From: Patescibacteria group bacterium
GTDB lineage: Bacteria > Patescibacteriota > Minisyncoccia > Phycocordibacterales > UBA9973
Direction: 5' to 3'
DNA: 52,222 nt
Assembly: GCA_038063535.1 (NCBI GenBank)
Contig: JBBTUV010000003.1
Coordinates: 149,179-201,400, forward strand
Shown: piece by piece, positions 10,888 to 21,214 of the stretch
How the letters are laid out: every line of letters starts with the position of its first letter
Position numbering within the stretch: the first letter of the stretch is position 1
Translations under genes and position numbers: made by a program
The notes under the pieces: model-generated
The model's database searches: none
The model's input: only the letters and a program-made list of their open reading frames with translations
What the model was told of the DNA's origin: nothing

Positions 10888-13731
10888 ATGGCGCCCGATC
10901 TTCTAGCCGAATACGAGAGCGAATACAAAAAGCTGAATAAAAAACAGCGCGAGGCGGTGGAGGCCATCGAAGGGCCGGTAATGGTAGTGGCCGGCCCGGG
11001 CACGGGCAAGACCCAGATATTGGCGCTCCGGATCGCGAACGTTTTAAAAAAGACTGACATCAAGGCCGATGGGGTTCTTGCGCTTACTTTTACCAATGCC
11101 GCCGCCCTGGCCATGCGTACGCGCCTCTCGCTATATATCGGCGCGGATGCGGAGAAGGCGGGCATTTTTACTTTCCATAGTTTCGGTCTCACCCTGATTG
11201 AAGAATATTATTCTGTGCTCGGTCTCGCGGCTGCACCGACGCTTCTCGAAGAAAAGCGGACCATCTCTTTTTTTGAGGAATTGCTTCGTACGCGCAAATG
11301 GCAATACCTCCTGCCGCGCTTCGATGAAGGCCGATATTTTTCCGATCTTAAGTCCATTATCTCCGCGCTCAAAAGAGAGATCATTCGGCCGGAGGAAGCA
11401 ATCAACGCCTTGGATACGGAGATAAAAAATTTTGATAACGATCCGGCAAATATTTCTTCCCGCGGCAAAAATAAAGGCGAAATAAAAGAAGAGGCCAAGC
11501 GGCGGCGGGAAGTACTCGGGAAAACCCGCGAGGCTCTGGAATTCTACGCTCTTTACGAAGAGGCGAAGAGGGAACAAAACGTCATTGACTACGACGACGT
11601 CATGACCATTCTTGTGGAGCTTGCGGGTAGCGCCGATGTCCGCTCTGACATTTTAGAGCAGTACCTATATGTTCTCGTCGATGAGCACCAGGATTCGAGC
11701 GGTCTTCAGAATGAATTTTTGAAAAAGATTTGGGGCGACGTCGAGGAGCCGAATATCTTCGTGGTCGGGGATGACCGCCAGCTCATTTACGGCTTTGGGG
11801 GCGCTTCCATCGCTTATTTTTACGGCTTCCGAGATAATTTTCCCGGCGCGAAGCTGATCGGCCTGGTGGAAAATTATCGCTCCACACCGCTCATCCTCGA
11901 AATCGCAGAGCATGTTCTTCCCGGGAAACTGACCGAAGAGAAACTGCGTAGCCAAAAGAAGGATAGCCATCCCATCGGAGTGTGGTTCTCTCAAGACCAA
12001 GAAGCTGAAATCCTCGAAGCGGCCGGTGCTATCAAAGAAAAGATTGCCGAAGGCATACCCGCCGAGGAATGCGCAATACTTATGCCCAAGAACGCTCATG
12101 TCCGCCGAGCCATAGCGGTTCTGCGCGCCGCCGGGCTACCGGTTTCTATTCGGAGCGCGCTTGCGCTCCTTGCGCTCCCGGAGGCACAATCCTTTATTCG
12201 GGTGCTTCGAGTAATGAGAGACTCTGCCGACCACCCGACTCTCGCGCTTACGCTTTTTGATCCGATTTCCGGAGTTGCGGCAGAAGAAGCGCACCAGTTC
12301 CTCTCCTCGGGCGGCCTCAGAAATTTTTCCCTTTCTGGCCCGCGCACCGGCAATCTCCTTTCCGGTGTCATAGATAAATGGTTCGAGAAACTCTCGCTTT
12401 GGGCCAAAGGCGGGGCGGGAAGCTCTTTGGCCGCATTCGTCACCCCGATTGCCCGGGAACTTTTGGATGCGGAAACGGCGCGGGCGTTTCTCTCGCTCTT
12501 AAAGCAAAAAAACGAAACCGAACCGGAACTTGGGCTTGACGGATTTATTAATTTCCTCGATCGAATCCAAAAATATGGCGAAGACCTCGAGATAGAAGGG
12601 GAGAGCGAAAGCCCCGGCGCGAGGGTGCTCACACTCCACGGCTCCAAAGGCCTCGAGTTCGAATTTGTCTGGATAGCGCACATGGACGAGCGGTCGTTCA
12701 CTTCCGAGAGGCGGCGAGCTTTTGCGTTGCCCGAGCCCATTCTTGCGCGGCTCGAGAAAGAAGATCTCGAAGTCCACAAGCGCGAGCTTTTTGTAGCCAT
12801 CACCCGTGCCAAACGTTTTGTGAACATATCCTATTCCGGAGGAGAACTGGCGCACGCGGCCGCGGCAATTCCCGAAAATCTTCTGGTCTTAAAGAAGCCA
12901 AATGTTGAAAAAAGAGAAACTCGCACGGGCCAAAATAATTTTGCGGAATTAGCAAAAGCGCAATTCGTGCGACGCAATGTTTCCGTCTGGCTCCTCAATA
13001 ATTTTTTTGAGTGCACCCGCAAATGGTATTTTCTGAATATTCTGGGCCTCCCCGAGAAAAAAAATGCCGTGCTTGAATACGGCAAAGCGGTGCATAGTGC
13101 GATTAGTCAGATCATAAACCAGAAGCGTCCCGTGACAGAGGCGGATGCGAAAGCTGTGGCGGCAAATACGGTGGCGGAGACCGGTTTCTGGCAGGGCGCC
13201 GAGGCTGAAGAGGTAAAAAAGTCGGTAGCGGAGGTGCTCACGCGTTTCGCTCTGAAGCGGCTGCCTGAGCTGGGGCAGGATTTTAAAAGCGAGCGCAGCC
13301 TTTCAGGCCGTCTCGAGAAACTACCGCGCTTTTCTCTTTACGGCAAGATCGATCTAGTAGAGCGCCTGCCGGATGCAATTCGAGTCGTCGATTTTAAGAC
13401 CGGCAGTGCGAAAAGAAAATCGGAAATAGAAAAACTCGATCCTGAGGGCCGGCCGAGCGCGTATCTTCGCCAACTCGCCATGTATGCGCACCTCCTTGCG
13501 CCCGAAGCGCGGGGACTGCCCATCATCGGGCGCCTGGAATTTGTCGAGGCCGACGGCGATTTTTATGAGAGAAAGATAACTAAAGAAGATATAGGACTTC
13601 TCGAGAAAGATATTGCGGACTATGCGCGCCTGGTCGAGAGCGGGGAGTGGCTCAAGCGCGAATGCAATTTCAATTCCTACGGCAAAAATATAGAGTGTGC
13701 GTATTGCAAACTCTCTCTAGCGTATAAATAA
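10888..13731 (+). CDS. UvrD/PcrA-type superfamily 1 helicase fused to a C-terminal PD-(D/E)XK (Cas4/AddB-like) nuclease
   Basis: Walker A VAGPGTGKT, motif II LVDEHQDSS, motif III VGDDRQLIYGFGGA, ENYRST, LTLHGSKGLEFEFVW, VAITRAKR. The C-terminal part has GKIDLVE...VVDFKTG...QLAMYAHLL plus one upstream Cys (FFECTRKWYF) and a terminal C-x10-C-x2-C. The start at 10888 (MAPDLL...) lies just after the DUF475 stop. Confidence 0.8.
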   Translation: MAPDLLAEYESEYKKLNKKQREAVEAIEGPVMVVAGPGTGKTQILALRIANVLKKTDIKADGVLALTFTNAAALAMRTRLSLYIGADAEKAGIFTFHSFGLTLIEEYYSVLGLAAAPTLLEEKRTISFFEELLRTRKWQYLLPRFDEGRYFSDLKSIISALKREIIRPEEAINALDTEIKNFDNDPANISSRGKNKGEIKEEAKRRREVLGKTREALEFYALYEEAKREQNVIDYDDVMTILVELAGSADVRSDILEQYLYVLVDEHQDSSGLQNEFLKKIWGDVEEPNIFVVGDDRQLIYGFGGASIAYFYGFRDNFPGAKLIGLVENYRSTPLILEIAEHVLPGKLTEEKLRSQKKDSHPIGVWFSQDQEAEILEAAGAIKEKIAEGIPAEECAILMPKNAHVRRAIAVLRAAGLPVSIRSALALLALPEAQSFIRVLRVMRDSADHPTLALTLFDPISGVAAEEAHQFLSSGGLRNFSLSGPRTGNLLSGVIDKWFEKLSLWAKGGAGSSLAAFVTPIARELLDAETARAFLSLLKQKNETEPELGLDGFINFLDRIQKYGEDLEIEGESESPGARVLTLHGSKGLEFEFVWIAHMDERSFTSERRRAFALPEPILARLEKEDLEVHKRELFVAITRAKRFVNISYSGGELAHAAAAIPENLLVLKKPNVEKRETRTGQNNFAELAKAQFVRRNVSVWLLNNFFECTRKWYFLNILGLPEKKNAVLEYGKAVHSAISQIINQKRPVTEADAKAVAANTVAETGFWQGAEAEEVKKSVAEVLTRFALKRLPELGQDFKSERSLSGRLEKLPRFSLYGKIDLVERLPDAIRVVDFKTGSAKRKSEIEKLDPEGRPSAYLRQLAMYAHLLAPEARGLPIIGRLEFVEADGDFYERKITKEDIGLLEKDIADYARLVESGEWLKRECNFNSYGKNIECAYCKLSLAYK

Positions 13732-13732
13732 C

Positions 13733-14863
13733 TTATCGAATCTTTCCGCCGAAGTTCTTTTTCGTCTCGGATTCCAGCTTTTTGTGTAAAATGTCGATTT
13801 CTTCTCCCGTTAGCGTGCGTTCAAGCGAGCGGTAGGTGATGCGGTAGGCATAGCTTAATTTACCCACTCCGAATTTTTCTACGTTTTCGTATTTATCAAG
13901 AAGCTCCACTTGCTCCACGAGTCCGGGGGCTATCTCGCGAACAAAGTCAAAATAGTCATTCGGGACGAAGTTTGCGGCCACAATGAAAGAAATGTCGCGC
14001 ACGATTGGCGGGTACTTGCTTACCTCCTTGAATTTTTGGTTCAGTTTTAGCTGGGCCTTTACTCGCGAATCTGCGGACCAAAGAAGTCGTATATCCGGTA
14101 GCTCCATCGAGGCCATCGCCAGACGCTCGAGGCCGAAGCCGAAGGCCCAGCCGTTGTAGCCTTCGAGCCCGAGATTTTTAAGAACGCTCTTTCTTACCAT
14201 CCCGGAGCCCACCATCTCTACCCATTTGCCGCCGAGCTCCGCTTCCATTTCAAAAGAGGGGTCGGTGTAGGGGAACTGGTGATCGTAAAAGCGGAAGTTT
14301 ATATTTCCGAAGATGCTCGTAGCGACTTCGGATAGAGTATGCTTGAGATCATCGGGCGTAATCGTACGCACACCGTCGGGCGCGATGAGCCAGCCGCCGA
14401 ATTGGTGAAAGACGTTCATGTGGGAGCGGTCGATCTCATCTTTGCGGTAGACTTTGCCGTAGCAGATGGCGCCCAGAGTGTCTTTCGCGGCGATCCTTTT
14501 CTTTATCTCCGGTTGATTCAGATAGTAATACCAGAATACTGTGTCGTGGGTGCGAAGGACATGACCTTCGTCGACGTAGTAAGTGTCCGAGGGGCTCCGC
14601 GCCGGGTGCCCCGGGGGCATGTTGAAAAGGTCGAAGAGTATCTCGGTCGGGACGATCTCGGGGATTTTGATGTTGTCAAAGCCTTTCAGGGAGGGTACCG
14701 CGCTTGCTCGGTCGACGACTTCTTTGACTGGGCTTCCGGGCGTGCGGGAGAGGTCCGGCATGGCGAGATAGCGCCGGATGCGTGCGCCTTCGGGGTCCGT
14801 CCGTTTCTCGAGCGAGCGTTTGATTGCTTCTTCGTCCGGGGAAGTGATCTCAATAGTTGACAT
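13733..14863 (-). CDS. pheS: Single-chain phenylalanyl-tRNA synthetase, mitochondrial (FARS2) type: class IIc catalytic core plus a C-terminal FDX-ACB anticodon-binding domain
   Basis: PheRS-alpha motifs PPGHPARSPSDTYYV and GWAFGFGLERLAM. The C-terminus YPPIVRDISFIV...NDYFDFVREIAPGLVEQVELLDKY...SYAYRITYRSLERTLTGEEI matches the ferredoxin-fold anticodon-binding domain of monomeric mitochondrial PheRS (from memory). Start taken at MSTIEI (14863). Confidence 0.8.
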   Translation of the reverse strand: MSTIEITSPDEEAIKRSLEKRTDPEGARIRRYLAMPDLSRTPGSPVKEVVDRASAVPSLKGFDNIKIPEIVPTEILFDLFNMPPGHPARSPSDTYYVDEGHVLRTHDTVFWYYYLNQPEIKKRIAAKDTLGAICYGKVYRKDEIDRSHMNVFHQFGGWLIAPDGVRTITPDDLKHTLSEVATSIFGNINFRFYDHQFPYTDPSFEMEAELGGKWVEMVGSGMVRKSVLKNLGLEGYNGWAFGFGLERLAMASMELPDIRLLWSADSRVKAQLKLNQKFKEVSKYPPIVRDISFIVAANFVPNDYFDFVREIAPGLVEQVELLDKYENVEKFGVGKLSYAYRITYRSLERTLTGEEIDILHKKLESETKKNFGGKIR

Positions 14864-14915
14864 ACTAATGAGTTTAATGAGAAGGGGGAAAAAAGTAAAG
14901 GTTTTCCACATATTG

Positions 14916-14943
14916 TTGATTTTTGGAGAAGGTTTGGTATAAT
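14916..14943 (+). promoter_or_regulatory. Promoter TTGATT-16 nt-TGgTATAAT facing the GC-rich region
   Basis: -35 at 14916..14921 and extended -10 at 14935..14943. Confidence 0.5.
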
Positions 14944-14980
14944 ATAAGCGAAGGCTCACCCCAACACGAGGAGATTGCTT

Positions 14981-15178
14981 ATGGATCACCTGGATCCAAC
15001 CTTTCTGAGACACCCCAGCAGGGTGCGCCCCAGAGAGGGATGCCACGAACCCGGTCCGCTTCTGACGACCGGGGGACGTCCTGTTGTTCAACCTCCCACC
15101 CCCGACCCTATACCGGTCGAGGCGCAGGAAGAAACCGAGCCCCTGGATTCCCTCGTGGAGTTCCCCGGTATCGGCTGA
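14981..15178 (+). CDS. Hypothetical small Pro/acidic-rich protein (65 aa). Coding status uncertain.
   Basis: GAGGAG sits 7 nt upstream of the ATG. MDHLDPTFLRH...PTPDPIPVEAQEETEPLDSLVEFPGIG. Lies in a segment of about 63-67% GC. Confidence 0.3.
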   Translation: MDHLDPTFLRHPSRVRPREGCHEPGPLLTTGGRPVVQPPTPDPIPVEAQEETEPLDSLVEFPGIG

Positions 15179-15265
15179 GCAAGCACAAGCAGAAGTTCTT
15201 TCCACCGGGAGCGAAGCTCCCAAAATCGCACCACCAACTCTTCTCGCTTCAGGAGCAAAAAAGAG

Positions 15266-15466
15266 ATGCCTCTGCCGAGACCGTGGGACTGCCAGGAATG
15301 GGCGGACGAAGCCGCCGCCAAACAAGTGCAGTCTCAAAGAGCAGCCACGCACAAGAATCTCGACTGGCGAACGGCGCAGCGGCTGGTTGAACGTCACCCT
15401 GAGCTGATTCAACCCAAACCCGATGCTCCCGGCAACGACAGGAGCATGCAGGATCCCTCCCCGTAG
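15266..15466 (+). CDS. Hypothetical small protein (66 aa). Coding status uncertain.
   Basis: AGGAG sits 10 nt upstream of the ATG. MPLPRPWDCQEWADEAAAKQ... Confidence 0.3.
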   Translation: MPLPRPWDCQEWADEAAAKQVQSQRAATHKNLDWRTAQRLVERHPELIQPKPDAPGNDRSMQDPSP

Positions 15467-15507
15467 GACCCAATCATCGTGGTGCCAGTAGATCGCAGTG
15501 AGAAAGC

Positions 15508-15540
15508 GGCGCTACGAGGTTGTAGCGCCCTTTTCCTTTT
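15508..15540 (+). terminator. Rho-independent terminator T1
   Basis: ggcgctac-gaggtt-gtagcgcc followed by cttttcctttt. Confidence 0.75.
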
Positions 15541-15554
15541 CCACACTCTTAATT

Positions 15555-15583
15555 TTGCATACCTGGTTTACTTTTGATAAAAT
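15555..15583 (+). promoter_or_regulatory. Promoter TTGCAT-17 nt-(TGa)TAAAAT
   Basis: -35 at 15555..15560 and extended -10 at 15575..15583, with 6 nt to the ATG at 15590. Confidence 0.55.
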
Positions 15584-15589
15584 ATTTTT

Positions 15590-15655
15590 ATGATTATTCA
15601 CAGCGCAAAGATTTACTTTTTCTGCCTTTTTCTCTCTTCTCGGCAAGAAGGTTGA
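15590..15655 (+). CDS. Leaderless 21-codon hydrophobic mini-ORF (MIIHSAKIYFFCLFLSSRQEG). Candidate leader peptide or small membrane peptide.
   Basis: The ATG lies 6 nt after the -10 box, the same geometry as several housekeeping genes here. The stop codon TGA (15653..15655) lies inside the 5' arm of the antiterminator hairpin. Confidence 0.4.
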   Translation: MIIHSAKIYFFCLFLSSRQEG

Positions 15656-15695
15656 TCTTTGTGCTGTAAAACAAACTACAACTCAAAGATCAGCC
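15650..15695 (+). promoter_or_regulatory. Candidate antiterminator hairpin, mutually exclusive with the terminator at 15689..15720
   Basis: ggttgatctttg (15650..15661) pairs with caaagatcagcc (15684..15695). That is 12 bp including one G-U, with a 22-nt loop. It shares 15689..15695 with the terminator 5' arm. Confidence 0.5.
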
Positions 15696-15720
15696 TTCTC
15701 CCGAAGGCTGATTTTGTTCT
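15689..15720 (+). terminator. Rho-independent terminator T2 (attenuator terminator)
   Basis: Perfect 10-bp stem atcagccttc / gaaggctgat with loop tccc, followed by tttgttct. Confidence 0.75.
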
Positions 15721-15747
15721 TTCCCTTCTTCTAGGAGGCAAGCAGAG

Positions 15748-15906
15748 ATGTGTGAAAAGCCCACTGACCCCACCCCCGAGGCGGACTTCCAACCCGCCAC
15801 CCCGCAGGATCCCCAGCACTTGCAGTTGCCTGAAAAGAAGGAGGTACCGACTGGCGAAGTTCCACGTCGCCGGAGCCGGTATGACAGCGGAACGTTTGGG
15901 AGGTAA
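15748..15906 (+). CDS. Hypothetical small protein (52 aa) with a Pro/acidic N-terminus and a basic C-terminus. Coding status uncertain.
   Basis: AGGAGG sits 9 nt upstream of the ATG. MCEKPTDPTPEADFQPATPQDPQHLQLPEKKEVPTGEVPRRRSRYDSGTFGR. Below the 60-aa cut-off of the ORF track. Confidence 0.35.
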   Translation: MCEKPTDPTPEADFQPATPQDPQHLQLPEKKEVPTGEVPRRRSRYDSGTFGR

Positions 15907-15935
15907 GTACTCCTAACGCACCGCAACCGTGGAAT

Positions 15936-15971
15936 GGGCGGCTACAAACAGTAGGCGCCCTTTCCTTTTTT
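15936..15971 (+). terminator. Rho-independent terminator T3, a sequence relative of T1
   Basis: gggcggctac-aaaca-gtaggcgccc followed by tttcctttttt. Shares the GCGCCCTTTCCTTTT-type 3' side with T1. Confidence 0.7.
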
Positions 15972-16017
15972 ATCCATATTTTTCAACACTTTTTTACTGG
16001 CTATGTCTGCCAGAATT

Positions 16018-16026
16018 TGCTATAAT
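16018..16026 (+). promoter_or_regulatory. Extended -10 promoter TGcTATAAT for gyrB
   Basis: Exact TGnTATAAT, with 10 nt to the gyrB ATG. This predicts a very short or absent leader. Confidence 0.5.
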
Positions 16027-16036
16027 AGGGACATAA

Positions 16037-19329
<3,293 letters not shown>

Positions 19330-19335
19330 AGGGGA

Positions 19336-19344
19336 ATAATATCA
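19336..19344 (-). promoter_or_regulatory. Extended -10 promoter (TGaTATTAT on the minus strand) for thrS
   Basis: 6 nt between the -10 and the thrS ATG (19329), which predicts a leaderless mRNA. Confidence 0.45.
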
Positions 19345-19390
19345 CATAATGTTTGGCTTTTCAGCACTGCTGTGTTAGGATAAATTCACT

Positions 19391-19615
19391 ATGGTAGTAC
19401 GAATGAGGAGCACAAAATCCCATACAGGAAACCGCCGGGCGCATCACGCGCTTAGGGCCCTCAAACTTTCAGTTTGCTCTAACTGTAAGGCCCCCATGAT
19501 ACCTCACAGGGTATGCAGGAATTGCGGATTTTACCGAGGGAAAAAAGTTCTTGATCTCGTACGGAAAACGGAACGAAAGCAAAAGAAAGAGAAAGAAAAA
19601 AAGGCGAGGACGTAG
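19391..19615 (+). CDS. rpmF: 50S ribosomal protein L32
   Basis: MVVRMRSTKSHTGNRRAHHAL plus the Zn ribbon CSNC...CRNCGFYRGKKV. Confidence 0.85.
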   Translation: MVVRMRSTKSHTGNRRAHHALRALKLSVCSNCKAPMIPHRVCRNCGFYRGKKVLDLVRKTERKQKKEKEKKART

Positions 19616-19618
19616 TAA

Positions 19619-20521
19619 ATGGCAAATCGGCACCTTTCAAGGTCAATAGTGCTCCAGACGCTTTTCGAGTGGGATTTCAAGGCCGGAAAGAATTTCGACT
19701 TGAGGGAAGCCCTCGCGCGGAATACGAAGGAGTTCGCGCCCGGCCTCGAAGAGGATTCTTTCGTTTATACGCTCGCCGGCCTCGTGCTCAAAAAGAGGAA
19801 AGTAGTTGATGAAATCATTGAGAAAGCCGCTCCGGATTGGCCGCTTGAGAAAATTTCTCTGGTGGACAGGAACGTCCTTCGTATCGGCCTTACCGAGCTT
19901 CTTTTCGGCGACCGCAAAGAAGTGCCTCCGAAGGTGGCGATCAACGAAGCGATCGAACTAGGCAAAACTTTCGGCGGAGAAAATTCCGGCAAATTCGTGA
20001 ACGGCGTCCTGGGCGCGGTTTACAAGGAAATCGGTGAACCGGGCAAGGACGAAAAGAGCCGGAGGAAAAGCAAAGACGAACCTGTCGACCCGAGCAAACT
20101 CCCGGTGGAAAAATTCGGCGGCGCGGTTATTTACTCGAAGAGGGGAAATGAGACCTACTTCGCTTTCGTCCACGATGTTTTCGGCTACTGGACACTTTCC
20201 AAAGGACATATCGAAGAAGGGGAAGATGAAGAGGAGAGTACAAAAAAAAGAATTGAGGAAGAGATTGGGCTTAAGATCAATATTGTCGAGAAACTCGGAG
20301 AAAACGAGTACATCGCGTCGCACCCCGAGAAAGGAAAAATTCTCAAAAAAGTGACATACTATTTAGCCGAGAGCGAATATCGCGAGCTCGTGCTCGCTCC
20401 CTCCGGAGGGCTCGATGGGGCCAGGTGGTATCTCCTCTCCGAGATTCCCGAGCTTCGAATTTACGCCGATATTATCGGCCTTTTAGCCAAAGCGGTGGAA
20501 AAAATAACCAAAAAGCAATGA
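19619..20521 (+). CDS. nusB: NusB (transcription antitermination factor) fused to a C-terminal Nudix hydrolase domain
   Basis: Residues 1-135 are NusB-like ([14 protein letters not shown]...[14 protein letters not shown]...[27 protein letters not shown]). A basic linker follows. Then a Nudix fold with box [23 protein letters not shown] (20204..20272; Gx5Ex7-KR-IxEExGL). Confidence 0.8.
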   Translation: MANRHLSRSIVLQTLFEWDFKAGKNFDLREALARNTKEFAPGLEEDSFVYTLAGLVLKKRKVVDEIIEKAAPDWPLEKISLVDRNVLRIGLTELLFGDRKEVPPKVAINEAIELGKTFGGENSGKFVNGVLGAVYKEIGEPGKDEKSRRKSKDEPVDPSKLPVEKFGGAVIYSKRGNETYFAFVHDVFGYWTLSKGHIEEGEDEEESTKKRIEEEIGLKINIVEKLGENEYIASHPEKGKILKKVTYYLAESEYRELVLAPSGGLDGARWYLLSEIPELRIYADIIGLLAKAVEKITKKQ

Positions 20522-21213
20522 AAGACTTTTCCGAATTCGAAAAAAAGACGGGCATAGTTTTCAAAGACAAAGATCTGTTGAAGCAGGCCTTCATTCATCG
20601 CTCGTACTTGAACGAAAACCCAAGCACCGGCCTTTCCCACAATGAGCGTCTCGAATTTCTTGGCGACGCGGTCCTCGAGCTTATTGTTACTTCCTATCTC
20701 TACAAAAAATTTCCCACTTATACGGAAGGAGAGCTCACTGCCCTCCGAAGTGCTTTGGTGAACGCTGTCATCATCGGTGAAGTTGCCCAGGCAGTTGGCA
20801 TGAACGAGCATCTTCTCCTTTCACGAGGCGAGTCGAAGGGAAACGGGAAGGCTCGACTTTACATACTGGCCAATACCTATGAAGCTTACGTCGGCGCGCT
20901 CTATCTCGACCAGGGGTACAAGCGGGCGGAGGACTTCGTCGAGGGGACGCTTCTCCCGAGAACCGAAGGGATAATTGAGAAGAAACTATGGCGGGACGCG
21001 AAATCCCTCGTGCAAGAGAGAGCCCAGGAATACTTTTCAGTCACTCCCTCATACAAGGTGCTTTCCGAATCAGGCCTTGACCACGACAAGCATTTCACTG
21101 TCGGCATATATTTTGGTCCGGAGATGATCGCAAGCGGCCGGGGTAAGTCGAAACAGGAGGCAGAACAGGAAGCCGCTCGCGAGGCGTTAAAAGTGAAAAA
21201 TTGGCTCGACTAG
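20518..21213 (+). CDS. rnc: Ribonuclease III
   Basis: The ATG overlaps the nusB-Nudix stop (ATGA). Signature [14 protein letters not shown] and a C-terminal dsRBD ([18 protein letters not shown]). Confidence 0.9.
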   Translation: MKDFSEFEKKTGIVFKDKDLLKQAFIHRSYLNENPSTGLSHNERLEFLGDAVLELIVTSYLYKKFPTYTEGELTALRSALVNAVIIGEVAQAVGMNEHLLLSRGESKGNGKARLYILANTYEAYVGALYLDQGYKRAEDFVEGTLLPRTEGIIEKKLWRDAKSLVQERAQEYFSVTPSYKVLSESGLDHDKHFTVGIYFGPEMIASGRGKSKQEAEQEAAREALKVKNWLD

Positions 21214-21214
21214 T

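Noticed and set aside
14923-15407. Overlapping plus-strand ORFs of 155 aa (14923..15390) and 107 aa (15084..15407), plus several minus-strand ORFs (15088..15321, 15249..15473, 15690..15926), in the GC-rich region.
   Set aside because: They have low-complexity Arg/Ser/Pro/Gly-rich translations and no SD at their starts, and they overlap one another. This is typical of open frames generated by high GC content. Only the three SD-preceded small ORFs and the leaderless 21-codon ORF were kept, and those at low confidence.
14864-15412. The minus-strand ORF containing the PheRS gene stays open for 183 more codons upstream (ORF track 13733..15412), suggesting a long N-terminal extension.
   Set aside because: The extension is Arg/Gly/Pro-rich nonsense (…RRSPVEILVRGCSLRLHLFGGGFVRPFLAVPRSRQRH…) running through the GC-rich region, where stop codons are rare by composition. 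PheRS homology starts near MSTIEI at 14863. A plus-strand promoter, SD-led ORFs and a terminator occupy the same DNA.
15537-15978. DnaA-box-like 9-mers upstream of gyrB: TTTTCCACA at 15537, a perfect TTATTCACA at 15594..15602, and TTATCCATA at 15970. There is also a perfect TTATCCACA at 709..717 between pilC and the pilin gene. Possible oriC.
   Set aside because: A motif with 8 fixed positions is expected about 1.6 times by chance on both strands of 52 kb. There is no dnaA/dnaN nearby, no cluster of several perfect boxes and no obvious AT-rich 13-mer unwinding element. The 15594 box also lies inside the 21-codon ORF. The evidence is insufficient to call an origin.
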